64,000 nucleotides of DNA. Source: Octopus vulgaris. Lineage: Eukaryota. The notes under the pieces are model-generated. The model did not search any database. It was not told where the DNA came from and saw only the letters and a program-made list of their open reading frames with translations. How positions within the stretch are numbered: the stretch's first letter is position 1; every line of letters begins with the position of its first letter. Below, in pieces: positions 14,219 to 28,308 of the stretch. A program made the translations under genes and the position numbers. The stretch covers positions 141,360,001 to 141,424,000 of the forward strand of contig OX597817.1 of the NCBI GenBank assembly GCA_951406725.2, read 5' to 3'.

Positions 14219-15426
14219 GGGGAAAAGAGAAAGATAAAATTAGATTTTATATAAAGATCGATTCGGTAGGTAGAAAGATAAATAGACAAATGCGAAGTAG
14301 AATTGATATCGACAAACATAATTATAATCGATTTTAAATATTTATTACACTAGATCACTATTATTGATATGAATACAATTATTATAGATAAATAGCTGTA
14401 AATAATATCCATACTGATAAAATTATTTACCGTGTGACAATGGCGTATAGACAACAAGACATAACAAGACGTAAATAGAAGTAGTAGCGAGACGAAAAGA
14501 AAAACTATACGGAATTAGATATAAGGAAGTTCTTTTATTTTCTTAATGGTTCCAGTAATTGCAGAGCAGCTCTCCTAGAGCAACTTCTTCAGTAGTTTTA
14601 GTCGATTATATCGAATCTAATTCTTGTTTTACAGAAGTGGTAAATGCCAAAGGGCAATGTGTAGGTCGGTGGGAAGTGTGACGTAAAGAGGGGTAAAATA
14701 CCGCAAAATATTGACATTGCGATTTTGGTTGGGTTCTAAATTACACACCGATGTATGTGTGGGAGTGTGTGTGTATGTGTGTGTATGTAATAACGCACAC
14801 TCATGTAAATACACTAGCCAAACATGCCCACATTAATTGTAACACACAAGCGTTTGCACGCGCGCATACACACATGCACGTACACACCTGATAACCTCAT
14901 ACACTCGTGCTACACACGCAGTCTCTTACACATATGCACACATCCATACACACATACATAACCACATAGAACACTCATCACCCCACACAACACACACACT
15001 GGTTTGCTTAAACACATACACACACATTACTCTCATATGCGCGCACAGGCTCGCATGATTTTATACTCGTCCACCCATGCACTCACGCGCGCTCACCCCC
15101 TATTTACACATACATTCTCACACAAGCCATTCTTACATACACACACTCGCTTGCACACACCACTTCAACCAGATCACCGTTATTATCTCCCTTGCTCTCA
15201 GCGTCTTTCTCCAGTCGTTTCTTCATGTTAAGCCATTAATCCCGACACATTTCTATTCTCTCTTCGTTTTTACGTTCTCCCCACTCTCATCACTCTTTGC
15301 CGAAGAGCGTAGGCTCGAAATATTAGACAGTTGAAAAGAACAGATAGCATGGTACCATAGACTGCATGCAAAAAGTTCGCTATGCATGCAAGACTCTTGG
15401 AGTTACAACAAGATAAAAAAATAAAA

Positions 15427-15493
<67 letters not shown>

Positions 15494-15515
15494 CATAATA
15501 ATAATAACAATAATG

Positions 15516-15572
<57 letters not shown>

Positions 15573-15819
15573 GTAATAATAATAATAATAATAATGATAA
15601 TAATAAATCGTGTTAACTGGAACGGCTCATGTACTGAGAAGAGCATTATCGCTGTGAAAACAACATCCATTCATGAATTTATTTATTCATTAATTTTTTA
15701 AATATATATTTTACCTGTGAATTTGCGAGTGTAATCTGGGAATGCATACAATGAGCTTCTCTGCCCTAGGTGTATGGAAAACACTCGGCGAGAAATGGAA
15801 GAAAATTTGAAGAAAGAAG

Positions 15820-15884
<65 letters not shown>

Positions 15885-15889
15885 GTTGT

Positions 15890-16403
15890 CCTGATGCAGT
15901 ACCGGGCAAGGGATCTCATGGCACCTGATTTTAACTGATTGAAAGGTTTTCTTGTGTACATCTTTTGTCCTAGTAAAAAAGATGGGTTACAACAAATATT
16001 TTGCTCAATACCATAGACCTGCTTGTCAGTTGTTTGACCATAACCAATTGAGCATGTCCTTTGGTGGATGATGGTATGTGCAACTCTGATCACGAGTAGG
16101 AGTAGTCGGGAGCATCATAGTAATGTGTTGAGAGGAATTTGTTGGCGTTTGAATAACTCACATCTGGAAACAAAGGTGTTTCCTCATCATCCTTAAGCAA
16201 CCCTCAATCAGGTACATTTTGAGCGGGATAGGCTACTCGACTTGAAGAAAATTCTAACTGGGCCTAACCTGTTAGGCCTTGCACTGTTAATCTTGATATA
16301 ATTTCGCCACGTTGGGCACATATGGTTCTGATGCATGTGCCTGGTGTACCCTTTTCATAGGGGTAGTCATGACGAGCATACAGGGCTTCGTATAATTTAT
16401 CAC
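15890..16403. repeat. Dispersed ~510-bp non-coding repeat (family D), copy 1
   Basis: Co-linear with 20878-21399, starting CCTGATGCAGTACC; next to a (TAA)n tract. Confidence 0.8.
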
Positions 16404-16458
16404 AGTGTCACTTCGACGGCGTGCACTGCTATCTTACTCTATAGTAATAATAAGAATA

Positions 16459-16491
<33 letters not shown>

Positions 16492-16519
16492 ATTGTGATT
16501 ATTATTATTATTATTATTA

Positions 16520-16593
<74 letters not shown>

Positions 16594-16609
16594 GTGATTA
16601 TTATTATTA

Positions 16610-16650
<41 letters not shown>

Positions 16651-16660
16651 GCTATTGCTA

Positions 16661-16724
<64 letters not shown>

Positions 16725-16725
<1 letters not shown>

Positions 16726-17560
16726 TCATTTATTTGCCACAAGAGCAAAAAAATGAGGGGAAACAATACAGAGACAGACATAAAATGTGGGGGTTTACAT
16801 ATAAGAATAAAATGATAAAAAGAAAAGTATACACGGTATACAGTGGAAAAAAGACATATGTAATACATACAAATGTAAAAAAAAGGGGGATGATAGAGAT
16901 GTGGCCCTCCTAATACAGGAATGCCTCTAAGAATAATCGAGGAATCCCATTGCCTAAGATTTCCCTGAAACCCTATGAGCAAGTGTCCTCTCTAATTCCT
17001 TCTCTCCGACTCACAGGTCGGAGGTACCATCTACTCTTACCATTTTCGCAACTTTCTGTACACTCACTCGTAGACAGCACTTCCCTCTTCACTCTAAATT
17101 TTCTCTTGAAGTGAAACTTGAAAAATTCAGTGAGAGCTCTACCAAAAAGGAATGAATCTGTCCGTTCAGCCTTGTCCACCAAACAATCTCTTTTGCCACA
17201 GTCACCAGGCAAAGGAAAACTTCCTTGCCTGCCCGATTGAAGGAGGGCGGCGGTGCAATCATCACCGAAGACCTGGCCGACAGACGGATCTGTCCCACAC
17301 GTGACAGCAGCTATTTATCATAACCCCACATGTCAGCAATGCCCGGACACTGAACGAGGGCGTGCAGAACGGTTTCGTCACCTCTGCACGCACGCCAGAC
17401 AAATCCGTCTGATAGCACACCCGTGTCTATAGATCCACAGTAGCGCCCCGCTTCTCGGTAGCACTGCAAGGCAAGGACATCTGGAAATTATCCATGATAG
17501 TTTCCGACTGGAAAATCCTTCGGAATAGACTAGCCGTTTCGTTCTCGTCGGCGCATAGAG
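16725..17560 (-). mobile_element. 3' fragment of an L1/Tx1-like LINE with a (TAA)n tail
   Basis: Frameshifted minus-strand YRHG..RRICLAC / DETVLHALVQCP is the C-terminal CCHC zinc knuckle (zf-RVT); a 3' UTR with AATAAA runs into (TAA)n. Confidence 0.75.
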
Positions 17561-18006
17561 TCTCAAAGTTATCAAATTTTGGCTCAAAGCAAGCAATTTT
17601 AGTGCGAGAGGTCAAGTCGACTACATTGACCACATTACATGATTAGTGCTATATTTCATCAAACCCAAAGGGAAAAAAAACAAAACTGACCACGTCGTGA
17701 TTTGGTTCAGAACGCAATACAAATTTTGTCAGCTCGTCAGCTCAATAATAATAATAATGTTGATGATGATGATGATGATGGTGGTTGTGGTGGTTGTGGT
17801 GGTGGGGATGATGATGATGATGATGATGATGGTGATCATGATGATGATGATGATAATAATATCAACGACAACAGCACTACAGTAACAAAGATGATGATGA
17901 TGATGATGATGATGGTGATGATGATGGTGGTGGTGGTTGTGGTGGTGGCTGTGGTGGTGGTGGTTATGATGATGATGATAATAAGCGACGTTCTAATTAA
18001 TGGTGA

Positions 18007-18413
18007 TTTATTGCCTGCAGCTGTGATAACAATTAATCCGTATTTTCGCTGATTATTCTATGAAAAACAAGCTTGGAAATGCAAAATTCACCATGGTGAT
18101 TTTCTTGCAACATTGACGGTCGTTTTATGAAAGCACGACGTAGCAAGTGGTAGTTGTCTTCCAGTCCTAAATTCTTTATAATTGCCATTTTTTTTATATA
18201 TATATATATATATATTCATTCATTCTTCGAGCAACATCTGCACATGTTTCTGTTGCGTCTTTAGCCAGGAATCTCTCTGCTGGAAAACAGGAAATGCGAG
18301 AGGATGGTATAATTGCATTGGAACCTATTTCGATTCGCATTTGAAGCGTTCCACTGTTTGGAGAATTAGGAATCATACTGCGGTCTTCAGAATTATGGTG
18401 AAAATATTCCAGC
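18007..18413 (-). other. Possible 3'-terminal exon of a minus-strand transcript
   Basis: Strong acceptor TTTTTTTTTTCTTCTCTGCAG|G at 18414/18413; non-repetitive sequence with one frame open for ~72 codons (LEYFHHNSEDRSMIP...); AATAAA at 18012-18007; no recognisable protein family. Confidence 0.3.
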
Positions 18414-18753
18414 CTGCAGAGAAGAAAAAAAAAAACAACAAAATCTATAACCGAAAAACGCAATATTTGAACGCTGTTAGTTTATTATAAATAGAAGCTA
18501 AATAATATTTGAAACTTCGCCTGGATGAACTTTATTGAAATGCGGGATATATTTTCGAAACAGATGCTATGCAGCTGTTATTTTGTAAAACATACAATCG
18601 CATATGAATGTTAATAGACAAACATACATACATACATACATACATACATACACACATACATGTGCAATCATACGTACATACATACATACATACAAACACA
18701 CGCACAAGCGCGCGCATATATATGTATACATACACACATACACATAACATATT

Positions 18754-18798
<45 letters not shown>

Positions 18799-18878
18799 AA
18801 ATACATATAATACATGGGTATATATGCGTATATATATGTATATATATATTTACGTAAAGACACACACACACACACACA

Positions 18879-18930
<52 letters not shown>

Positions 18931-19443
18931 CGTACACGTATTATTCAGTGTGTAATATGTATGGCTCTATATTTGTACACACACACTCATGCACGTAACA
19001 CATATAATTTTGCTTACGCATGAATGAAATCGTTCCTATGATAAGATCAATATTTGCCGTCTCATACTTTGAACTTTTATCTTAAAACCGATAAGAGATT
19101 GCATATATTTCATAAACTACACACATACGAGTGAACGACAAAGATTTTACTTGTTGGTCTGTCGTGGCTGGATTGGATGACGTCTGCAAGTAGTTTGTTA
19201 TTGTACTGATTTAATAAAGCACATATGGAGTAATGTATTCACATGCACTCTATGGTCAGAGACGTGAGGGTATGGCCATGGCCAGAATGACTTTGGTTAT
19301 TAATGATACAATCGTGAATGGCAACCAGAAGACATTTAAAAATTTAGCTCATTGACTGGTTGACTTTAGGATTAATGGATTATTAATTAGTTAAATGTTA
19401 ACGTATTGACTAATAATAACAATAATGATGATGATGATAACGA

Positions 19444-19496
<53 letters not shown>

Positions 19497-19544
19497 ATAA
19501 TAATAATAATAATAATGATGATGATGTTGATGATGATGATGATT

Positions 19545-20345
19545 ATATCAGAATGGAGTTCGGACTGAGAAAGTGTGGTGTGTTAGTATTGAAGAGAGGC
19601 AAAATCAAATGTATGGACGGGCTAACGATACCGTCAGTGGAGCTTATGAAGCAGATAGAAGAGACGGGTTATAAGTACCTAGGGATACTGGAAATGGATA
19701 AATTGATGGAGAAAGAAATGACAGAAAAAATTTAGATGGAGTACTTGCGAAGACCGAGACTGATACTTAAGTCGAAATTAAGCGGACGGAATAAGATCGA
19801 AAGTATCAACACCTGGGCGGTTTCACTCCTTAGATATGGGGCAGGGATAATCGCATGGACAGTAGATGAACTAAACAGCTGAGGCAGAAAGACAAGGAAG
19901 TTGCTATCAAGATTTGGGACACTCCACCCAAAAAGTGACACAGACAGACTGTATGCACCAAGAAAATGAGGGGGAAGAGGACTTATTGGATGCGAACACA
20001 GCATTAAAGCAGAAGAAAACAACATAGCATGGTATGTAAAAAATGCCACAGAACCACTATCATTAGACGTAGGAATGTCAGGCTTGTGTAGGATGAAAGA
20101 TTGCAAAGATAAAGCACTGTACAAGCAATTGAAAACGAATGAAACAGAAAATGGGTGGGTGAAGAAAAGAATGCACGGTCAGTTTTATAGGAAAGTTAAA
20201 GATAAGACAGAAAGAGAAAAAAAGTTAGCTGTAGATGACTAAAAGTGATTTAAAACCGGAAACGGAAGCTCTAATCTATGCTGCCTAAGAGCAAGCACTA
20301 AGAACAAACTACATAAAATACAGAATAGACAACACAGCAGAAAGT
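19545..20345 (+). mobile_element. R4/Dong-clade LINE fragment (RT C-terminal half), pseudogenised
   Basis: IRMEFGLRKCGVLVLKRGK, YKYLGILE, LKSKLSGRNKIESINTWAVSLLRYGAG and HPKSDTDRLY..GGRGL; contains stops and frameshifts; embedded in trinucleotide repeats. Confidence 0.8.
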
Positions 20346-20391
20346 GATGATGATACTACTACTACTACTACTACTACTGCTACTACTACTA

Positions 20392-20472
<81 letters not shown>

Positions 20473-20525
20473 ATAATAATAATAATGATAATAATAATAA
20501 TAAATAGTAAAATAAATAATAAACT

Positions 20526-20586
20526 CAGGCAGACCAAAGCCTTGTGAGTGAATTTGGTAGACGGAAACTGAAAGAAGCCCGTCGTA

Positions 20587-20650
<64 letters not shown>

Positions 20651-20875
20651 TGTGTGTGTGTGTCTGTGTTTGTCTCCCTAGCATTGCTTGACAACCGATG
20701 CTGGTGTGTTTATGTCCCCGTTACTTAGCGGTTCAGCAAAAGAGACTGATAGAATAAGTACTGGGATTACAAAAGAATAAGTCCTGGGGTCGAGTTGCTC
20801 GATTAAAGGTGGTGCTCCAGCATGACCGCAGTCAAATGACTGAAACAAGTAAAAGAGTAAAAGAGTAAAGAGTAA
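20526..20875 (+). mobile_element. SINE family C, 5'-truncated
   Basis: Co-linear with the 3' two-thirds of family C; (AGTAAAAG) tail repeats. Confidence 0.85.
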
Positions 20876-20877
20876 AT

Positions 20878-21396
20878 ACCCTGATGCAGTACCAGGCAGT
20901 GGCTCATGTGACTTTTGATCTTAACTGATTAGAAGTGTTATTATGTACATTGTTTTTTCTTGGAATAAAAGATGGGCTACAGCAAATATTCTGCTCAATA
21001 CCAGAGATTTGCTCCTCAGTTGTTTGACCATAACCAGTTGAGCATGTCCCTTAGTGGTTGACGATATGTGCATCTTTGATCACGAGCAGAAGTAGTGGGG
21101 GAGCATCATAGCCATGTGTTGAGAGGGATCCTTTGGTGTTTGTATAATTCACCTCTGAAAACATGGGTGTTTCGTTCAACATCCTTGAACAACCCTTATT
21201 CAGGGACCTTTTGAGTGGGATGAGTCATTTCGACCAGAAGAAAATTTTAATTGGGCCCCATCTGCAAGGTCATGTGCTGTTTTTGTTGACATGAGATCAC
21301 CATATCGCGCACATATGGTTTTAATACATGTTCCTGGTGTACCCTTATCAGACGGGTAGTCATGATGGGTATACTGTGCTTCGTATATTTTACCAC

Positions 21397-21399
<3 letters not shown>
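20878..21399. repeat. Dispersed ~510-bp non-coding repeat (family D), copy 2
   Basis: Co-linear with 15890-16403; followed directly by (TAA)n. Confidence 0.8.
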
Positions 21400-21463
<64 letters not shown>

Positions 21464-23031
21464 CGTAATAAAAGTAAAATGGAAGTAGTGCATGTGATTA
21501 TTATTGGCATAATGACTCTTCCAGGATGCAGCAGAAGTTTTTAGATTAATAACTTTATTAGTTCTACCTATGTAATACAAATGGTTTTCTCCCTTCATAT
21601 TCCATACGCAAGCAATAACAGAATCAGTTCTAACCTACCTCTATGGTAGGTCGCATATTTTCTAACCGGTTTTCCATCGATTTCAGCTAAGTCCTTCTCC
21701 TTCTCACTCAGTTTATTATTTTTTTTTGTTATTTCGCTTGTGTTTCACCTCCCGGAAACATTTTTCTAAGTTCTTATCCAACAAGATTACAGGAATCTGA
21801 AATCCATTCTTTCGCCATATTTCTCTACGTGCGTTACCTTATACAACTGTAAAATAACCATCAGTGGCAGCCTTATATAAATGTAAATTAATTATGAGCC
21901 GCACATATCTTCATGTAAGACGCTCCTCCCTATCCTCCCCCTCCTTTATATATCCAAAATGAAAATAAAAATCGCCATCAAATTTACGATGAATACATTT
22001 CATTTACAAGTATTTGAAAATTTTAAAAAATGACTCCTTTATACAACAGAAAAATACTTACAATCTATTATTCTTTTATTTAAGGAGAGACATTTATATT
22101 TGTGAATTAGTTTTCAAAAAACTCTTTGAAAATATATAATATTATAAATCATTTCGAGAAATTCTCTAAATACTTATTTAAAATTTTCCCGTTGTTCAGT
22201 TTTAGTCACCTCAACCCCAGAGGTTATTTCTGTTAAGAATAATGTGTTTTGTAACTTTTGTGAGTTTTTTGTGAAGATTCTAAGTTAGATATAACATTTC
22301 TGCTTTCCATTATTATTGAACTTTTAATTGAATTGCTTTTTGGCAATTCCTCTCTCATAAGAAATAAATAAATTACAATTATATAAAAGATCGTTTCAAC
22401 GGTAATAGAAGAGAACGAATTATTTTTACAGGCGTGTTTTGGTCTTTATGATCAGCATTGATATTATGTTCACAACATATATTTCATACGTTCTTTCCCA
22501 TTAACACGTTATTGAACGTTAATATCTGTTAACGATAACGTTATTGCTTTAAGTTATCAGTTATTTAACGCCCATATGATATGTAAAGAGGAATATTAAT
22601 GTCCAAAATAACGAGTTGTTATAGCGCAGTTGAATGTTTTGCGAACGAGAAATTACACCTCAGTGTGTTTCTCAATGAATTAACTGCTGAGTTTCTCAAT
22701 GTAAAATTACAGAAAAATACTAGAATCAACAATCACATAGATATGTTTGCATGTGCTAATAGATGCATAGTCTAGAGAAAACAAAGCTTTTAAGACGGGC
22801 TCATGGGGTCGGAAGTTATTTAGATTTTCAAGACATCAGTCTGACTTTGCAATACTCAACGAGAACGGAACTCCCGTTCGCTACAGGGTTGATTCCCAGG
22901 AACCACAGTTATTCATTTTCAGTTGATTGTACTGGTGCAGCGCAGAACGAAGTACCTTGCTCAAGGAGACTTTGTGTCGTCCAAATGGAGAACTGAACCC
23001 ATAAGCTAACGATTGTTAACTCAACTCCTTA

Positions 23032-23416
23032 GGATAGGAAGCACTCCGTCAGTAACGACGACGAGGGTTCCAGTTGATCCGATCAACGGAACAGCCTGCT
23101 CGTGAAATTAACGTGTAAGTGGCTGAGCACTCCACAGACACGTGTACCATTAACGTAGTTCTCGGGGATATTCAGCGTGACACAGAGAGTGACAAGGCCG
23201 GCCCTTTGACATACAGGTACAACAGAAACAGGAAGTAAGAGTGAGAGAAAGTTGTGGTGAAAGAGTACAGCAGAGATCACCACCCCCTGCCGGAGCCTCG
23301 TGGAGCTTTTAGGTGTTTTCGCTCAATAAACACTCACAACGCCCGGTCCGGGAATCGAAACCGCGATCCTACGACCGCGAGTCCGCTGCCCTAACCACTG
23401 GGCCATTGCGCTCCAC
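23032..23416 (-). mobile_element. tRNA-derived SINE family B (head H1, body B1, tail T1), full length
   Basis: Head GGAGCGCAATGGCCCAGTGGTTAGGGCAGCGGACTCGCGG..GGTTTCGATTCCC has A/B boxes and a TCG anticodon-like loop (tRNA-Arg-like, as described for octopus OR SINEs). 15-bp TSD TAACTCAACTCCTTA at 23017-23031 and 23417-23431. Nested in an older SINE. Confidence 0.9.
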
Positions 23417-23578
23417 TAACTCAACTCCTTAAACACTTGGCCGCACGATTTACAGAGAAGATAAACTACAATTTTGGTGCTCTTTTTCTTGCAATTGCCT
23501 GCACGTGTCAAACCAATGATTGCACGAACTTAAAGAGTATACTCTATCAATGGGTTTTATATACATATATGTATATAC

Positions 23579-23878
23579 GTGGAGGCGCAATGGCCCAGTG
23601 GTTAGGGCAGCGGACTCTCGGTTTCGATTCCCAGACCGGGCGTTGTGAGTTTATTGAGCGAAAACACCTAAAGCTCCACGAGGCTCCGGCAGCGGGGTGG
23701 TGGCGATCCCTGCTGTACTCTTTCGCCACAACTTTCTCTCACTCTTTCTTCTGTCGGCCTGCTCGCTTAGCCAGAGGGGTGGTGTCATTTGAAGGCTAAA
23801 ACAATGAGAAGCGCATTGTGACCAGCGATGTGTAGAAACAACTGATAGCCTGGTCAGTCACGGTGATCACAGTGATAT
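23579..23878 (+). mobile_element. tRNA-derived SINE, head H1 and body B1 with an alternative 3' tail (T2)
   Basis: Matches 23032-23416 up to ACTTTCTCTCACTCTT, then switches to an unrelated tail ending (CACGGTGAT)x2-like. Confidence 0.8.
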
Positions 23879-24708
23879 GTATATACATACATATGTATAT
23901 GTGTATAAGATTTCCAGGATTCAGGAGAATCAGGTACTTAAATAGTCAAACACCATCGTCAGGTCGGTGATAACGCTATAATGTACAAACGGTACTTTAA
24001 ATACATTCTTACCAATGTAAACACGGATTTGTACTCCGGTTGTGCATACATTCGCAAATAGCTGGCTGAATACAATGATTCGTTAAAATTACACGTGGGT
24101 ACGCTCACTGCATCTATTGTACAGCCTCTATAGACTCTAGAATCAAACGAATTGCAGGTTCCGAGTTAGCTGGAGGATAAACAAATAACAAAGGATGGAA
24201 TGTGGTTCGTTACAGATGTTTCAGGCGAGTTCATTATTCATGAACAAAAGTATTACAGCACCGAATTTCGGTCGGTAGAATGAAATAGCACTGTACACCT
24301 GTTTTTGAGGTGCTAATAATGTTTAATTCTTACCTGTATTCACCTGATTAAAATGGACTTCTTTTGCATGATGTAACACCTCTGCACATCAACATAAAAA
24401 CACGTCTGAAACAGCTGTAGTCAAACACAATAATTTAATATTTAATATTTTAAGAAACTTCCCTTAGATACGCCGCCACAACAACACGTGCATGAAAATG
24501 TAAATACATGGATTGCAATATTTGTATACGAAAACTGCAAATTTGTGAGTAAAGTATTGGATTTAATATTTTAATTACATATACATCCATATTCATACAA
24601 GAACTCTCTTTGCCGCTCTCTTTCTCCTGCTCCCCCTCTCTCTCTCTCCCTTCCCCCTTCCTGCCTTCCTCCATCCCCCTATTCTCCTCTCCCCCTCTCT
24701 CTCTATAT

Positions 24709-25110
24709 AAGGCGAGCTTGCAGAAACGTTAGGGCGCTGGGCGAAATGCTTAGCAATATTTCGTCTGCCGTTACGTTCTGAGTTCAAATTCCGCCGAGGT
24801 CGACTTTACCTTTCATCCTTTCGGGTTTGATTAAATAAGAACCAGTTACGCACTGGGGTCGATATATTCAACTTAATCCGTTTGTCTGTCCTTGTTTGTC
24901 CTCTCTGTGTTTAGCCCCTTGTGGGTAGTAAAGAAATAGGTATTTCGTCTGCCGTTACGTTCTGAGTTCAAATTCCGCCGATATCGACTTTGCCTTTCAT
25001 TCTTTCGGGGTCGATAAATTAAGTACCAGTTACGCACTGGGGTCGATGTAATCGACATAATCTCTTTGTTTGTCCCATCTATGTTTAGCCCCTTGTGGGC
25101 AATAAAGATA
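24709..25110 (+). mobile_element. SINE family A: head plus two modules (junction 24939/24940)
   Basis: Family A head and modules, ending AATAAAGATA. Confidence 0.85.
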
Positions 25111-25550
25111 TATACATATGCGCATTGCTGTCTCTTATCTGTCTCTCGCTTACACATCAATAATAATTGTGAATACAAAAGAAACATCAACACATATCAA
25201 TGAGCGTTGTTCTGTCAAAAAGTAAATACTGAAAAAACGAAACCATAACACAACCAACCAAAGAACGATGGACTAGAACAGGTTGAATTGCTTCTTTTCA
25301 AGGCAGCGCTATCAACAGCCACTGGTAGTAGTAAACACATTTGACCTCTGCTGAACCGAAGGGGTGTGAAGATCCTTTTTTCTCTATGGCTGACCTCTCC
25401 ACCATCTGCCGAATCTATTTATAGACCTGTAGGATATGATCTATTCCCCAATTTGCTGCCCAACTAGTGGTGGTGATGGGGATAATGAAAAAAAATAATA
25501 ATGTACTGCAGCTGCTGATACTAAATACTACTAATACTACGGTAATACTA

Positions 25551-25928
25551 CAATGGCCCAGTGGTTAGGGCAGCGGACTCGCGGTCATAGGATCGCGGTT
25601 TCGATTCCCAGACCGGGCGTTGTGAGTGTTTATTGAGCGAAAACACCTAAAGCTCCACGAGGCTCCGACAGGGGATGGTGGTGATCCCTGCTGTACTCTT
25701 TCACCACAACTTTCTCTCACTCTTGCTTCCTGTTTCTGTTGTACCTGTATTTCAAAGGGCCGGCCTTGTCACTCTCTGTGTCACACTGAATATCCCCGAG
25801 AACTACGTTAAGGGTACACGTGTCTGTGGAGTGCTCAGCCACTTACACGTTAATTTCACGAGCAGGCTGTTCCGTTGATTCGGATCAACCGGAACCCTCG
25901 TCGTCGTAACCGACGGAATGCTTCCTCC
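25551..25928 (+). mobile_element. tRNA-derived SINE family B (H1-B1-T1)
   Basis: Highly similar to 23032-23416; the ORF track gives near-identical peptides for 23083..23283 and 25675..25878. Confidence 0.9.
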
Positions 25929-26199
25929 TAAATACTACAACTACTACTATTATGATAGCATAGAAATCTGAAGCCCAACTATCACCCTTGCCAATAACCC
26001 TACCCCTGCTACTGTTGTTGTTGCTGCAACCACTGCTACTACTACACATAAAAACAATAATACCAGTGATATCAGTAATGATAATAATAATAATAATGAA
26101 AAGAAACTTGTGGAGTCTCCTTATGGGCTAATAAGGATACATCTAGTGATGGTGTCACAATAAAAACACTGGTAATTGCGCAACCTGATAATCGCTACC

Positions 26200-27677
26200 T
26201 CATATGAGGGGCAATGAAGAAACAAAATGTTGTGAATAACGGTGGTAATAAAACTGAAGCCCTTAATGGTGACAGTGTTATACCCGGTAGGCTCAGAGAT
26301 ACTGATACTAGTCCGGCTCCAGCCTGTCGATATCTAGAAAGGGACCACCACATATGGCGTAGATGGAGCAAACAAATTAATGCTTTGGTCATAGAGTGTT
26401 ACTACCTGAGCAACCTGGTAGATGAAAATGGTGCTCAAATTAGGGGCTACCGACAAAGTATGTATGATAATTGGAGAGAAAAGGGAGTGTTCCAACTCAC
26501 GGAACAGTGACTATGTGATCAAGCTAGAGCAATAAGAAAAAGCAATTAAAAGACTGGTCATGGACAATAGCAGCAGAGATAAGAATGAAAATAGAGTTCT
26601 TACTAATAAGAGTAATCTCATAGCACAGGAAAGGAGCAGTGGTAGTTTACTTGATGAGAGACATATATATGATCTAAAAGAAGACAATAAAACTAATAGC
26701 GAAATGACAGATGAACAAAAGGCAATCGACAACAGAATAAAGGTAAGACTACAGGAGTACGATAGCGACATTATTCGAAGCCTTAAAAAGGTTAATAATA
26801 AATCTTAGAGCGAGTTATAAACAGTAGCTGCAACACATCGTGACGTATATTTGCCATTTAAATATGGCTAACCCCTAAGGGTGGATGCTACTGTAGTTTG
26901 TAGCCCCAGGAGGACACCTCCTCCAGCTGGCTATAGACACACTTTCTGTGCCCTATCAGTATTTAAAAAGGTTGATCGATGGAAATTGAACCAAGAAACG
27001 AAAGATTTTAATGAAATTCTGAAATACATCAGAACAAACAACATCACAGAAACAAATAATTTGATCAGGGCAGCAAGTATTGTTGTAACAGAAAATGTGG
27101 ATGTCGATGTCAAGAAAAAGTAATACAATGGGAGTGACAAAAGAAAAGATCCATGGTGGAAAAGAAGAATCTAGGCAGGGTCAGACGTGCTAGCGAAGGA
27201 AATCTGTGTTAGACCGAAAAGAGAAAGGGGGGAGGGGGCTTAAAAGCGAACAAAAATACAGGGCGCTGAAAGGGAAGTATAATATTCAAAGAAAGGGCCT
27301 GAAAGTAGTAATGGAGGAATTGAAACAGCGCCTAAAGTAAGCAAAGAAAGCAAAGATGGTAAGATACGACCAAAGAATGAAGGGATACCACCAGAATAGG
27401 TTATTCAGAGTAGATCAGAAGAGATTCTATATAGAAATAAATGGAGGGTCTACAGATGAAAAGTTGATATCAGATAACATCGAAAGTCAAAGGTGTTGGA
27501 GTGACATCTGGAGCAAAGACAAGGAGCACAAGAAGGATGCTGAATAGTTGCAAGAACTGAAACAAGAAGTAGTCTGTCCAAAACAGGCAGAACTAGTAAT
27601 TCCAGTGAGGGAAGTGAAAGAAATCAGCAAAAAAATGAGCAACTGGAAGGCCCCGGGACCAGATGGAGTTCAAGGTT
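26200..27677 (+). mobile_element. R4/Dong-clade LINE 5' fragment (N-terminal domain to start of RT), pseudogenised
   Basis: RWS..N..VIECYYLS...RGYRQ.MY..W.EKG.F..TEQ, PWWKRRI, YHQNRLFRVDQKRFY and NWKAPGPDGVQG; truncated at about 27677; carries a 169-bp insertion. Confidence 0.8.
26794..26962. mobile_element. 169-bp retroposed insertion inside the R4 element
   Basis: 11-bp TSD TTAAAAAGGTT at 26783-26793 and 26963-26973; AATAATAAA at the left end. Confidence 0.7.
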
Positions 27678-28046
27678 TTTCGAAATCTTTTTTTTCTTTT
27701 TGTACATATATATTCCCCTCCTCTTATCGAAAGCTGAACAGTTATCTCCCTTGTCCATAACTATAACAATGATAGTGATAACCAATTACCTCCCCTTATT
27801 TTTCTACTTGTGAAGTCATCCACTCGTAAATATGATCACACACAAGATGGACAAAATTTCTTCTTAAGAAAATAGATATTCAAATAAGTAAACCATAATA
27901 TCATGAATAGCGATAACGAAACCGGTCGATGTATTAAAAATTATATCAAAACTATGTAAAGTGTGCGTATTTTCCTTTTTTAATTTCTTATATATATTAC
28001 AACTCACCACGTGGGGATAATCGTAATTCCTCCTTTCTGTTATTAC

Positions 28047-28168
<122 letters not shown>

Positions 28169-28173
28169 ATGTA

Positions 28174-28250
<77 letters not shown>

Positions 28251-28257
28251 GTATGTA

Positions 28258-28308
<51 letters not shown>

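Noticed and set aside
13818-16982. Long poly-I/L/Y/N ORFs, and the YI/HT/CV-repeat ORFs throughout the track
   Set aside because: They are translations of stop-free microsatellite frames, not genes.
23340-23416. tRNA gene (also at 23579, 25551 and 33260)
   Set aside because: tRNA-like A/B boxes run into SINE bodies, two of them with clear TSDs; there is no proper acceptor stem or terminator.
26895-26940. HDV-like ribozyme (CCTCCTCCAGCTGGC)
   Set aside because: P3 is mismatched and I could not build P1, P2 or J4/2.
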